Below, one piece after another: positions 37,098 through 48,871 of a stretch of 64,000 bases of DNA. The position numbers and the translations under genes were made by a program. Location: positions 4,526,001 to 4,590,000 of the forward strand of contig NC_090404.1 of NCBI RefSeq assembly GCF_036365525.1. The letters are read 5' to 3'. A model generated the notes under the pieces. That model was not told where the DNA came from and made no database searches. It saw nothing but the letters and a program-made list of their open reading frames with translations. Each line of letters starts with the position of its first letter. The stretch's first letter is position 1. This DNA is from Heterodontus francisci. Lineage: Eukaryota.

Positions 37098-39705
37098 ACC
37101 CATTTCGGCAAAAGTGACCATAACGCTGGAAGGTTTAAGATAGTTATGGAAAATGACAAAGATAGACCAGAAATAAAGGTACTGAGTTGGGGGAAGGACG
37201 ATTTCAATACGATAAAATAGGATCTGGCCTAAGTGGACTGGGAGCCGCTACTTGGAGGAAATTCTACATCAGACCAGTGTGAGTCATTCAAAGGGGAAAC
37301 AGTGAGCGTTCAAAGACAACATGTACCCGTTAAGGTGAAGGGAACCCTGGATGTCAAGGGATATAGAGGATTGGATCAGGGAAAAAGGAAGCTTTTGGCA
37401 GATTCACAGCGCTGAAAGCAGTGGAGGTACTAGATGAGTATCGAAAGTGTAGCGGGGGGGGGGGGGGGTACTTAAAAAAGTAATTAGGAGAGAGAAGAGT
37501 AGATAAGAAAAAACACTGGCAGGCTAGATAAAGGAAACTTCTAAAGCGTTTTCTAAGTATATTAAGGGTAAGAGGATAACCAGGGAAAGAGTAGGACCCA
37601 TTAGGGACCAAAGGTGCAATCTCTGTGTGGAGCTGGAGGACATTGGTGAGGTTTTAAATGATTACTTTTAATCTGTGTTCACCTTAGAGAAGGTCAATGT
37701 TGGTGCAGAGATCAGGGAAGGGGATTGTGATATATTTGAACATATTAGCATTGAAAGGGAGGAAGTATTAGCAGTTCTGGTGAGCTTAAAAGTGGATAAA
37801 TCACGAGGCCCAGATGAGATGTATCCCAGGCTGTTATGTGAGGCATGGAAAGAGATAGCAAGGACTCTGACACAAATTTTCAAATCTGCTCTGGCCACAG
37901 GAGAGGTACCAGAGGATTGGAGGACAGCGAATGTGGTACCATTATTCAAGAAGGGTAGTACGGATAAACCAGGGAATTACAGGCCGGTGAGTCTAACATC
38001 AGTGGTAAGGAAACTATTGGAAAAAATTCTGAGGGATAGGATTAATCTCCACTTGGAGAGGCAGGGATTAATCAGGGATAGGGAGCATGGCTTTGTCAGG
38101 GGGAGATCGTGTCTAGCTAACTAGATTGAATGTTACGAGGCAGTGACTCGATGTATAGATGAGGATAAAGCAGTTGATATTCTACATGGACTTCAGTCAG
38201 GTTTTTGATAAGGTCCCACATGGGAGATTGTTTAAAAAGGTAAGATCCCATGGGATCCAGGGCAATTTGGCAAATTGGATCCAAAATTGGCTCAGTAGCA
38301 GGAGGCAGAGGGTGATGGTTGAGGGTTGTATTTGCAAGTGGAAGGCTTTGACCAGTGGTGTACCACAGGGATCGGTGCTGGGACCCATACTGTTTGTAGT
38401 GTACTTTACTGATTTAGGCGTGAATATAGGAGGTGTGATCAGTAAGTTCGCAGATGACATGAAAATTGGTGCTTTCGTAAATAGTGAGGAGGATGGCCTT
38501 ACATTACAGGACGATATCGATGGGCTGGTAAGATGGGCGGAACAGTGGCAAATAGAATTTAGTCCTGAGAAATGTGAGGTGATGCATTTTTGGAGGACTA
38601 ATAAGGCAAGGGAATATATAGTGGATGGTAGGACCCTATGAAGAACAGAGGGTCAGAGGGACCTTGGTGTACTTGTCCATATATCACTGAAAGCAGCAGC
38701 ACAAGGAGATAAGGTGGTTAGGAAGGCATATGAAAATTATGAGGGGTATTTATGGGTTAGATAGGAAGAAACATTTTCCCCTAACGGAGAGGTTCATAAC
38801 TAGGGGACATAGATTTAAGGTAAGGGGCAGGAGTTTTAGAGGGGAGTGGAGGAAGGAAAGTTCACCCAGAGGGTGATTGGAATCTGGAACACACTGCCTG
38901 AAGAGGTGGCAGAGGCACGAACACACATGACATTTAAGAAATATTTAGATGAGCACTTGAAATGCCATAGCATACAAGACTAGGGGTCAAGTGTGGGCAG
39001 GTGGGATTAGTATTGGACAGGTGCTTGATGGTCAGCGCAGGGGCGCTGGGCCGAAGGGCCTGCTTCTGTGTTGTAAAACTCTATGACCCGATAGGATTCT
39101 TGCCTTTATGAGCCGAGGCATTGAATATAAGTGCAGGGAGGTTATGATGGAGCTCTCTAAAACACTGGTTCGGCCACAGCTGGAGTACTGTGTGCAGTTC
39201 TGGGCACCACACTATAGGAAGGATGTGATTGCACTGGAGAGGGTGCACAGGAGATTCACCAGGATGTTGCCTGGGCTGGAGCATTTCAGCTATGAAGAGA
39301 GACTGAAAAGGCTAGGGTTGTTTTACTTAGAGCAGAGGAGGCTGAGGGGGAACATGATTGAGGTATACAAAATTATGAGGGGCAGTGATAGGTTAGATAG
39401 GAAGAAAATGTTTCCCTCAGCGGAGGGGTCAATAACCAGGGAGCATAGATTTAAGGTTTAGAGGGGATTTGAGGAATTTGTTTTTCACTCTGAGGATGGT
39501 TGGAATCTGGAATGCACTGCATGAAGAGGTGGTGGAGGCAGGAACCCTCACAACATTTAAAAAGTATTTGGATGAACACTTAAAACGCCATAGCATACAA
39601 GGCTACGGGTCAAGTGCTGGAAAATAGAATTAGAATCGTTCGGTGCTTGAGGCTGGCACAGACACGATGGGCCGAATGGCCTGTTTCTGTGCTGTCTGAC
39701 TCTAT
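37098..39705 (+). mobile_element. Decayed CR1-type LINE (ORF2 region) with a short second CR1 3' copy nested at ~38731-39087
   Basis: ORFs 37675-38124, 38159-38641 and 39108-39461; two 3' ends (GGGCCGAAGGGCC ~39050, GGGCCGAATGGCC ~39670). Confidence 0.9.
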
Positions 39706-40055
39706 CCAGTTTATGTTTCACGACACCTTATCTCTTTTTATATTGCACTAGACCTTGTCTCTGGTTATATTGAACTTGACCCTTTCTCTGTTTATATTAC
39801 ACGAGACCATGTTTCAGTTATGACTGGACTTCGTTGCCTCTCTGTTTATATTACACTAGACACGATCTCTGTTCTCACTGCACCAATCCCTGTCTCTATT
39901 TAGATTACATTAGATCCTCTCTCTGTTTATATTAGACTAGACCCTATCTCTCTTCTTACTGCACCAGGCCCTGTCTCTGTTTACATTCCACTAGACCCTC
40001 TCTCGGTTTATATTACACTGGGCCATGTTGGGTTTTCACTGCACTAGGCCATGTT
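39706..40055 (+). repeat. 27-bp minisatellite array (continuation)
   Basis: Same unit. Confidence 0.85.
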
Positions 40056-40909
40056 TCCAGTAGATGAAGAGATATTATTATGAATAAGGATGTTCGACTG
40101 GAAATTGTTATCAGGTGACGGCCGAACGGACGCTTTTGGCTCGGCCGCCCGTTCTACCCAGGGCCTGGTGTTCAATTACATTGCAGTTAACGGAGTTGCT
40201 GCCAATACCAAGCGGTCAATCCGATAGTGACTCTTTCTGTGCCACTGTCTGAAACCAATTTCCATCTTATGTGTTTGTGTGTTGGGCGGGTGTAACCATT
40301 CTCTTATGGAAGAACACTTTTAATCTTGTTAATAGCTATCAGTAGCTTATGTGAAATTTCTAATTGCTCTGGTATTATGTGGGTAATATTTGTGTTAAAA
40401 GGATGGGCTGAATCCTGCAACAATCTCCCAGAGACGGACTGGGTGGGATTGAAGGATTAAAGGTCAGTAATAGTGCCCTGCACTTCACAATACTTGGTAA
40501 CAAACTCTGTTGTGTTAAAGTGTGCTAATTCACACTTGTGTTGTACTGTGACAATTCCTCACTTTATAATGTTCAGGATATTTTTGTCGCTGCGGGATTT
40601 TCAATTCAGAGTTCACTTGACCTCGTGATTGTGTTCGAAACAGCCTGGAACAGTGACCCCGCAGCCCCAAACGACAGGCTGCCGCAGGGTCCTAATGTCC
40701 ACCAAGTTCAATCATCTGATCAACAGGGACAACTGAAATGAAAACACACAATGTTTTATATAGGCGAGTGTGTGTGTGTGTGTGTGTACCAAATAAATCA
40801 TCCTTCATGATTGCAAGGTGGTTCCACATAGTTATATGACCTATTTCACTAGATTGTTTCTGCATTTTATTTCCTTTTATTCAAACTGTAATTGCAGATT
40901 GTTTAATAC

Positions 40910-41340
40910 CGTGTGATATAAACAGAGATATGGCCTCGTGCAATGATAACAGAGAGACAGGACATCAGGTGAAACTATAAGAACCATGTCTTGATGTAAT
41001 CATAATTGAAACAATACATTGTACAATAATAACTGAAAGTGGTCATAGTGTAAGACTAGCAGAAGCAGGGTCAACTTTAACAATACCAGAAACAGGTTCC
41101 TACTGAAAAGTGACAGAGACAAAGTCTCCAGCAATAATAATAGAGGTGTGCACTAGAATTGGAATAACAGACAGGTTATTTTTCTAAAAATAAGAATGGC
41201 AATGTGTAACAATTACACAGACAGGGTCTAATACAATAAGAGTAGAGGCAGGATCCAGAGTATAACAGCAAAGATGTGGCTTACTTTGAGTGTAACAAAG
41301 GCAGTGTTTGATCCAATAATAACAGAGGCAGGCTGCAGTG
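40910..41340 (-). repeat. Degenerate 27-bp minisatellite array, split by the Tx1 insertion and continuing at 46380-46590
   Basis: Reverse-complement units such as ACAGGGTCTAATACAATAAGAGTAGAGG. Confidence 0.7.
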
Positions 41341-41621
41341 TATTTTTTTTTTTTTTTTTTTTTATTTCCAAAATATACTTTATTCATAAAAATCTGTAAA
41401 AATTACATTGCCAAACAGTTTCCAAACAGCACCAAAAAATACAAACATTGCAAAAGGGATCAGTTTCTTTCAATAATGTCATGAGTTTCTTCCCAACCCT
41501 TCCGTTTCACAATTGTCATGTCAATTACAGTTTTACATTTACAGCAATTGAGAATATTAACGATACAGTTCGAGGGGTTTCCCATGAATCCAGCCCCTCA
41601 GTCCAGCTTGGTGGGGGAACC

Positions 41622-44600
41622 TTACACTGTGGTCTTTCCCCATTGAGCCTTTGCTGCGGCTGCCCCAAGCTTTAGTGCGTCCCTCAGCACGTAGTCCTGG
41701 ACCTTGGAATGTGCCAGTCTGCAACATTCGGTGGTGGACAACTCTTTGCGCTGGAAGACCAGCAAGTTTCGGGCAGACCAAAGGGCGTCTTTCACCGAAT
41801 TGATAGTCCTCCAGCAGCAGTTGATGTTTGCCTCGGTGTGCGTCCCTGGGAACAGCCCGTAGAGCACAGACTCCTGTGTTACAGAGCTGCTTGGGATGAA
41901 CCTTGACAAAAACCACTGCATCTCTTTCCACACCTGCTTTGCAAAGGCACATTCCAGGAGGAGGTGGGCGACCGTCTCTTCCCCACCACAGCCAACGCGG
42001 GGGCACTGTGCGGAGGGGGCGAGACTTCGGGTGTGCATGAAGGATCTGACGGGGAGGGCCCTTCTCACCACCAGCCAAGCTACGTCTTGGTGCTTGTTTG
42101 AAAGTTCTGGTGATGAGGCATTCCGCCAAATGACTTTGACGGTCTGCTCGGGGAACCATCCGACAGGATCCACCGTTTCCTTTTCCCGTAGGGCCTTGAG
42201 GACATTCCGTGCAGACCACTGCCTGATGGACCGGTGGTCAAAGGTGTTTTTCCGCAGAAACTGCTCCACGAAGGATAGGTGGTACGGCACGTCCCAACTG
42301 CATGGAGCGTTCCGCGGCAATGTGACCAGGCCCATCCTTCGCAACACCGGGGACAGATAGAACCTCAGCACGTAGTGACACTTGGAGTTTGCGTACTGGG
42401 GATCTACACATAGCTTGATGCAGCCGCACACGAAGGTGGTCATCAGGATGAGGGCCACGTTGGGTACATTTTTCCCGCCCATGTCCAGAGATTTGAACAT
42501 CGTGTCCCTCCGGACCCGGTCCATTTTAGATCCCCAGACGAAGCGGAAAATGGCTCGGGTGACTGCCACGGCGCAGGAGTGGGGTATGGGCCAGACCTGC
42601 GCCACGTAGAGCAACAACGTGAGCGCCTCGCACCTGATGACCAGGTTCTTACCCACAATGGAGAGAGATCGCTGCCCCCACATGCCCAACTTTTGTCGTA
42701 CCTTGGCTACTCGCTCCTCCCATGTTTTGGTGCACGCCCCGGCACTTCCGAACCATATCCCCAGCACCTTCAGGTAATCTGACCTGACGGTGAAGGGGAC
42801 AAAGGATCGGTCGGCCCAGTTCCCAAAGAACATGGCCTCGCTCTTGCCGTGGTTAACTTTGGCTCCCGAGGCCAGTTCGAACTGGTCGCAGATGCTCATC
42901 AGTCTGCGCACGGACAGCGGATCCGAGCAGAAGACGGCGACGTCATCCATGTACAGGGAGGTTTTGACCTGAGCGCCTCCGCTGCCTGGGATTGTCACCC
43001 CTCTTATGCTCGCATCCTTCCTAATAGACTCAGCAAAGGGTTCAATACAGCAAACAAACAAGACCGGGGACAGAGGACAGCCCTGTCTGACTCCAGATTT
43101 GATCGGGAAACTTTCAGATTCCCACCCGTTGATTGAGACTGCGCTACTGATGTTTGTGTAGAGCAGTTGGATCCAATTGCAGATTCCCTCCCCAAACCCC
43201 ATTTTGGAAAGCACGTCCATCATGTAGGTGTGCGATATCCTGTCAAAAGCCTTCTCCTGGTCCAGGCTGATGAGGCAGGTGTCCACCCTCCTGTCCCGTA
43301 CGTAGGCGATCGTATCCCTGAGTAGCGCGAGACTATCAGAGATCTTCCTGCTGGGTACAGTACAGGTCTGATCGGGGTGAATCACCAGCTCCAGAGCAGA
43401 CTTGACTCGACTGGCTATGACTTTGGACAGAATCTTGTAATCAACATTAAGCAGTGAGATGGGCCGCCAATTTCTGATTTCTGCCCTCTCCCCCTTCTGC
43501 TTGTAAATGAGGGTGATGATGCCTCTTCTCATGGATTCTGACATGCTGCCGGCCAGGAGCATACTCTCGTATACTTCCAGCAGGTCCAGGCCGACCCAGT
43601 CCCACAGGGACGAGTACAACTCGACCGGTAAGCCGTCGCTCCCGGGGGTTTTACTCGTCTCGAAAGACTCGACGGCCTTTGTCAGCTCGTCCAGAATTAG
43701 CGGCTTGTCCAGTCTCTCCCTCCTGCTGTCATCTAGGACCTCTGTGATAGATGACAGGAAGGACTGGGAGGCTCTGCTGTCTGTGGGCTTCGCGTCATAC
43801 AGCCCAGCATAAAAGGATTTGCTGATCCTTAGTATGTCGGACTGCGAAGACGTTACCGAGCCATCTTCTTCCTTCAGGCTGCTGATAACAGAGCTCTCTC
43901 TGTGTACCTTTTGGAAGATGTAACGCGAGCACGTCTCATCCTGCTCGATGGAGCGGACTCTGGACTGGAAGATGATCTTGGAGGCCTCCTTGGCAAAGAG
44001 CGAGGCCTGCTGGCTCTTCACCTCTTGGAGGTCCTCCTTGACCTCGACCCCCATTGACTGCAACCGGAGTAGATTTTGCATAATTTTCTGGAGTCGGGAC
44101 AGTTCCCTCTGTCTCTCTCTCGCCTTCTGAACACCTTTGTGGATGAAGAACCTCTTGATGTTCTCCTTTATCGCTTCCCACCAGTGAACTGGAGACTCAA
44201 AGAGGGGTTTCACGGTCCTCCAACCTTTGTAATCCCTTTTGAGTTCCTCAACGTTCTCTGGGGTCAGCAGTGTCGCATTGAGCTTCCACGTCCCTCTGCC
44301 AACCCGCTGGTCGTCCTGTAAGTGACAGTCGGCCAGTAAGAGGCAGTGGTCGGAGAAGAACACCGGCTTGACGTCGGTGGATCCGACCGTGACAGCACGG
44401 GACACAAACAGGAAGTCAATCCTGGAACGGGCAGACCCGTCCGATCTTGACCATGTGTATCTGCGCTGCGCTCCGTCTGCAGGTTTGCTGAAGACGTCGT
44501 GCAGTTTGGCATCCTTAACTGTTTCTATTAGGAATCTGGACGTAGCGTCCAGTTTGCTGTCGTCACTGCCGGATCGTCCAGCCGCATCGATGATGCAGTT

Positions 44601-45029
44601 GAAGTCACCGCCTAGGATGACCGGCCTGGACGTCGCGAGCAGCAGTGGGAGCTGCTGGAAGACGGTCAGCCGCTCGCTGCGTTGTACCGGGGCGTACACG
44701 TTGATCAACCGGAGCGGAGCGTTGTTGTACATCACGTCTGCTACGAGGAGGCGGCCGCCCACCACCTCCTTAACTTCGGAGATGGTGAAGTTACCTCCCC
44801 GCAGCAGAATACCCAGGCCGGAGGAACGGCAGTCATTACCCCCCGACCAGATCGATGGCCCGTGGGACCACCATCGCGACCACTGCCTGCAGGTGCTGAG
44901 GTGTGGTATTCCACACTCCTGCAGAAACAGTAGGTCAGCTTTGACCTTGGCAAGGTAATCCAAGGTTGAAACACATCGCGTAGTAGATTTAATGCTACGC
45001 ACATTAATGGAAGCAATTCTTACACCCAT
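41622..45029 (-). CDS. Tx1-type ORF2p: AP endonuclease, reverse transcriptase, C-terminal zinc finger (1135 aa)
   Basis: SINVR, LQE, GDFN, RID, SDH; PGSDG, WRPISLLNVDYKILSK, LDQEKAFD, GVRQGCPLSP, YMDD; CPRVGC..ETVAHLLLEC. Confidence 0.95.
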   Translation of the reverse strand: MGVRIASINVRSIKSTTRCVSTLDYLAKVKADLLFLQECGIPHLSTCRQWSRWWSHGPSIWSGGNDCRSSGLGILLRGGNFTISEVKEVVGGRLLVADVMYNNAPLRLINVYAPVQRSERLTVFQQLPLLLATSRPVILGGDFNCIIDAAGRSGSDDSKLDATSRFLIETVKDAKLHDVFSKPADGAQRRYTWSRSDGSARSRIDFLFVSRAVTVGSTDVKPVFFSDHCLLLADCHLQDDQRVGRGTWKLNATLLTPENVEELKRDYKGWRTVKPLFESPVHWWEAIKENIKRFFIHKGVQKARERQRELSRLQKIMQNLLRLQSMGVEVKEDLQEVKSQQASLFAKEASKIIFQSRVRSIEQDETCSRYIFQKVHRESSVISSLKEEDGSVTSSQSDILRISKSFYAGLYDAKPTDSRASQSFLSSITEVLDDSRRERLDKPLILDELTKAVESFETSKTPGSDGLPVELYSSLWDWVGLDLLEVYESMLLAGSMSESMRRGIITLIYKQKGERAEIRNWRPISLLNVDYKILSKVIASRVKSALELVIHPDQTCTVPSRKISDSLALLRDTIAYVRDRRVDTCLISLDQEKAFDRISHTYMMDVLSKMGFGEGICNWIQLLYTNISSAVSINGWESESFPIKSGVRQGCPLSPVLFVCCIEPFAESIRKDASIRGVTIPGSGGAQVKTSLYMDDVAVFCSDPLSVRRLMSICDQFELASGAKVNHGKSEAMFFGNWADRSFVPFTVRSDYLKVLGIWFGSAGACTKTWEERVAKVRQKLGMWGQRSLSIVGKNLVIRCEALTLLLYVAQVWPIPHSCAVAVTRAIFRFVWGSKMDRVRRDTMFKSLDMGGKNVPNVALILMTTFVCGCIKLCVDPQYANSKCHYVLRFYLSPVLRRMGLVTLPRNAPCSWDVPYHLSFVEQFLRKNTFDHRSIRQWSARNVLKALREKETVDPVGWFPEQTVKVIWRNASSPELSNKHQDVAWLVVRRALPVRSFMHTRSLAPSAQCPRVGCGGEETVAHLLLECAFAKQVWKEMQWFLSRFIPSSSVTQESVLYGLFPGTHTEANINCCWRTINSVKDALWSARNLLVFQRKELSTTECCRLAHSKVQDYVLRDALKLGAAAAKAQWGKTTV

Positions 45030-45042
45030 TTTTTACTAAAAA

Positions 45043-46362
45043 TTAGTTGTTGCTTCCCATACCATTTGTCCTCGCTAGTCCCAGTCCTTCCCCTTCGGGA
45101 TGTTCCTGCATACCCATCGTATGCGCAAGCAGTTTCACGTTGGTTGGGCTCAGAAACCCCTCCTGATTTTTCATGCAGGGTTTGTGCCGCTCGGGTGACA
45201 TCGGGGGGGTCTTGTAGGCAGAGAGGATTGGGTTGTCCTCAGCTGCTTCCATCTGTTCCTCCTCGAAAATATCACAGCTCCCGGTCTCCCGGAGCTCAGG
45301 TGCGCCAGACGTGTCTTTGCTCCCGGTGTCCCGGAGCTGAGATGCGTTGGCCACGTCGTTACGTGTGGGGAATTGGGGTTGGGGCACGCCGGGCCCATCA
45401 CAGCTTCCAGTGCCCGGGGGCTGGGATGCTTTATCATCCATCTCGGAGTTCTGCCGCCTCTTTTGAAGGGGCTGTCGTTCCAGCATTTCCCCGTCCAGTG
45501 AAGAGGAGTTGTTGCAGTCTGATTCAGAAGAGAGCCTCCTCTTGCCACTGGTTTGGGTGGTGGCTTTGGGATGTTTTTTCTTTGTGGTTTTCCTCTGGAC
45601 CACTTGCCACTGACCTGTTTGTCCATCTGCTGCCTCCTCCTCCATTGATTCTGTCTGTGGAGGAGGGGTTTCCGGGCGCTGGGTAGGTGCTGGGTCGTTG
45701 GTTTCAGCTGCCTCCCCTTCCTTCTCAGGTTGAAGTTCCTCACTGCGAAGAAGGTTGCTGGTCTCCTTTCGAACAGCGGACGCCTTCGTCGAACCTTCTC
45801 CCGGCCTTTCCTTGGACCTTGCCGCCTGAGCATAGCTGAGGCAACGTTTGGGGCAGGTCTTGTAGAGATGGCCTGCCGCACCGCACAAGTTGCAACACTT
45901 AGTCTGCTTACAGTCCTTGGTCTGATGGCCTTCCTCCTTGCAGTTCTTGCAAACAACCGTGCTGCAGTTGGCTGCCATGTGACCAGATTTGCCACAGGTG
46001 CGACAAACTCTGGGCTGCCCAGCGTAGACCAAGAAGCCTCGACTTCCCCCGATAGCGAAGCTGGAGGGAGGGTGGATGATGGCTCCACTGGGATCTACCT
46101 TCAAGGTCACCTTGACCTGCCGCTTGCTGGTCCAGATCCCAAAGGGGTCCTTGACATCAGTGCTGCTGCCGGTCACCTCGACGTACCTGGCGAGAAAGGT
46201 GAGTACATCCACCACAGGAACATGGGGGTTGTAGAGGTGAATCGTCACCACCCGGTCCCGTTGTGACGGAAGCGTGAAGAGCGGCTCCGCTGTGAGGATC
46301 GACAGTGGAGCCCGGTCCCCTTTCTCCTTGAACGCCTTCAGGAACTTGATGCATCCCGCCAC
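45043..46362 (-). CDS. Tx1-type ORF1p, N-terminally truncated, with three CCHC zinc knuckles (ZCCHC3-like)
   Basis: CRTCGKSGHMAANC, CKNCKEEGHQTKDC, CNLCGAAGHLYKTC; frame is open to the element's 5' breakpoint (GTG start only). Confidence 0.9.
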   Translation of the reverse strand: MAGCIKFLKAFKEKGDRAPLSILTAEPLFTLPSQRDRVVTIHLYNPHVPVVDVLTFLARYVEVTGSSTDVKDPFGIWTSKRQVKVTLKVDPSGAIIHPPSSFAIGGSRGFLVYAGQPRVCRTCGKSGHMAANCSTVVCKNCKEEGHQTKDCKQTKCCNLCGAAGHLYKTCPKRCLSYAQAARSKERPGEGSTKASAVRKETSNLLRSEELQPEKEGEAAETNDPAPTQRPETPPPQTESMEEEAADGQTGQWQVVQRKTTKKKHPKATTQTSGKRRLSSESDCNNSSSLDGEMLERQPLQKRRQNSEMDDKASQPPGTGSCDGPGVPQPQFPTRNDVANASQLRDTGSKDTSGAPELRETGSCDIFEEEQMEAAEDNPILSAYKTPPMSPERHKPCMKNQEGFLSPTNVKLLAHTMGMQEHPEGEGLGLARTNGMGSNN

Positions 46363-47261
46363 GTTCCGGAACGTGTATTACTGAACACATCACTACATCC
46401 AATGTGATGATAACACAGTCAGTATCCAGTGCATCAAAACCAAAGCTTTGGTCTCCTATCATAGTGCATGTGAGTCAGAATCTATTCATATAACAGCAAA
46501 TACTTTGCCGAACACCTCATAACAGAGTCAATGACCACTGCAGTTTGAATGAGATGGGCTTAGTGTAATAACACAGGCACTATTTGGTGTAATGGGAGCT
46601 GGGAAAAGATCATGTCAGCATTGACACTCTCAGCCTCAGTCAGAAGGTGTGGGTTCAAGCCCCACTCCAGACACTCGACTGCATAATCTAGGCCGATGCT
46701 CCCGTTGCCAATATAAATACAAGTCGTTCTGTTCTTTTGCCCACTATTTTGTTAGACTCAGAAGGAGTGAGGGGAATTGCAGATGGAGAAATTCTAGGCA
46801 ATTTCTCCATCCAGCGAGGCAGGGGCTCTGGTGACATAATTGCAAGTTTGACGTGACTGCCCATTCCTAAACAACCTCTTCCCCCCTCCCCCTAATAATC
46901 ACAGAGGCCGGCTCAAGGGTATCAATAACAGAGGCTGCTTTTACTGCAGGAACTCTTACCTTGAGAGAGGCAGAGGGTCTAATAAACACCCGATTGCAAT
47001 AGGAAGACAAAGTGCAGGGAAGCACTGACGTTTTGGGCCCAGTACAGGCTTCTGTGTTATGGTGAGTGAAACAGGGAGTAGTGTGAGAAAATAGGAATGG
47101 AAACATCATGACAGGCACATGTGGCTGACTCCATCCGACTACGCTGATGCACAAAAGGGGGTGACCACGAGGACAGGGCGTACTCCAGAGATTTCTGATA
47201 TCTGAGGTGACAATGGTGCATGTCTCAGAGGAACTGAAAAGAAACTGCTTCTTCTCATCTG

Positions 47262-47730
47262 TCAGCTGTGCCTCAGTTTTTACAACGCTCACCTTTGAGT
47301 CATAAGCTTCCAGGTTCAAGACCCAATCCGGGGCTTAACAGCAAAAATCAAGGCTGATACAGTAGTGCAGTATTGAGGGAGCACAGCACTGCCAGAGGTG
47401 CCGTCTTTCAGATGAGATGTTAAACCGAGGCCCAAATCTACTTGCTCGGGTGGATGTAAAAGCTCTCTGGTACTATTTGGAAGAAGAACAAAGGAGTTAT
47501 CCCCAGTGTCCTGGTCAAGGTTTATCCCTCAATCAACATCACAAAAACAGATTATCTAGTCTTTATCGCATTGCTGCTTGTGGGAGTTTGCTGTTTGTAA
47601 ACTGGCTGATATGTTTCCTGCATTACAACAGTGACTACACTTCAAAAGTACTTCATGGATTCTAAAGCATTTTGAGATGTCCGGTGGTTGTGAAAAGCCT
47701 GATATAAATGCAAGTCCTTCCTTTCCTTTT
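47262..47730 (+). mobile_element. tRNA-derived SINE (SacSINE1/DeuSINE-like)
   Basis: B-box GGTTCAAGACC; homologous to 27282-27772. Confidence 0.75.
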
Positions 47731-48282
47731 TGCAGTCGCTGTGTTGCACAGGAACATCGGGGCCGGATCTGACAGTTCGTAGAAACCAATGTTTTAAATC
47801 TTCTGCTAAAGCCAATTAAATTCAAAGTTCAAACCTCACCAGAGGAAAATTCAGAGTTGTGCAAAAATGAGTGAGCTGTCCAATTAATCCCATTGTTCAT
47901 ATCGCTGCCAATTTGCACCCCCCACCCCCACTCCACTACCACCATCTATATGGCAACAAAACCAAAAGGGGAGATGAGAAGAATTTTGTTTTAATACAGA
48001 GATTTTCTGTGATCTGGAATGCACACCGTGAAAGGGTGCTTGAAGCAGATTGAATAGTAACTTTCAAAGGGAACTGGATAAATACCTGAGGGGAGGTGGA
48101 AGATTGTTGCAGGATTCACCCCATCCTTTCAACAAAAATATTACCCACATAATACCAGAGCAATTAGAAATTTCAAACAGCTTCTGATAACTATTAACAA
48201 GATTAAAGATATTCTTCCATACAGAAAATGATTACACCCGCCCTATTTGGAACACTTCTATTAAATAGTAACACACGCAGGT

Positions 48283-48323
<41 letters not shown>

Positions 48324-48871
48324 AAAACAGACACTTTTAAAAAGGCAGAAACACGAGGTGGTGAGAGATAAAAGCTGAGAAATAGAGAAAACAAGGAACA
48401 CACAGAGAGAATGGCATAAAATTAAAGGGAGCAAACTGCCAGCTGCCGGTTTCAGAGAGCAGAGGGAGCTCAGTGACTGATCCACAGACATGGTCAGTTA
48501 TGTCCGGAAATGGAGACTCGAAACAGAAACAAAAGGTTCATTTGTAAATGTCACCACAATGTGATCTGTGTGACTCTGCAACGACTCTGTGGACAGATAT
48601 AGGCCGCCTTGGCATATGTTTCCACCAGATTGTGGCCCCTGGATTTATTTTCTGCTCAGAAGTGAGATGTGTGGTTTGGAACCGGCAGAAGAGAAACAGG
48701 AAGTTGTGTTGCCTGAGAATGAAATAGCAGGTGTCAATTTCAGGTTTTCACCATGAACAGTCTTCCTGCCTGTGAGGGTGGATTCAATCTGACAGCACCA
48801 AGAACAAGCTCAAAGATTGCTTCTGGTCTCAACATCACGTTCACCTCCATTCACATTTAATTCACATTTGA

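Larger units (their letters stand above)
41343..46372 (-). mobile_element. Young, 5'-truncated Tx1-clade (L1-related) non-LTR retrotransposon with poly(A) tail and GTGTA(TT) TSD
   Basis: Poly(T) on + at 41343-41363, AATAAA at 41384-41379, TSD at 41338-41344 and 46373-46379, two intact ORFs, CpG-rich. Confidence 0.93.

Noticed and set aside
35301-37117. Hydrophobic repeat ORFs such as (DPVSVYITL)n, or a CRISPR-like array
   Set aside because: By-product of a head-to-tail 27-bp minisatellite with no unique spacers; vertebrate DNA.
41557-46266. Long overlapping and antisense ORFs within the Tx1 element (e.g. 45171-46088, 41557-42219)
   Set aside because: Shadow frames of GC-rich coding sequence with no recognisable domains.
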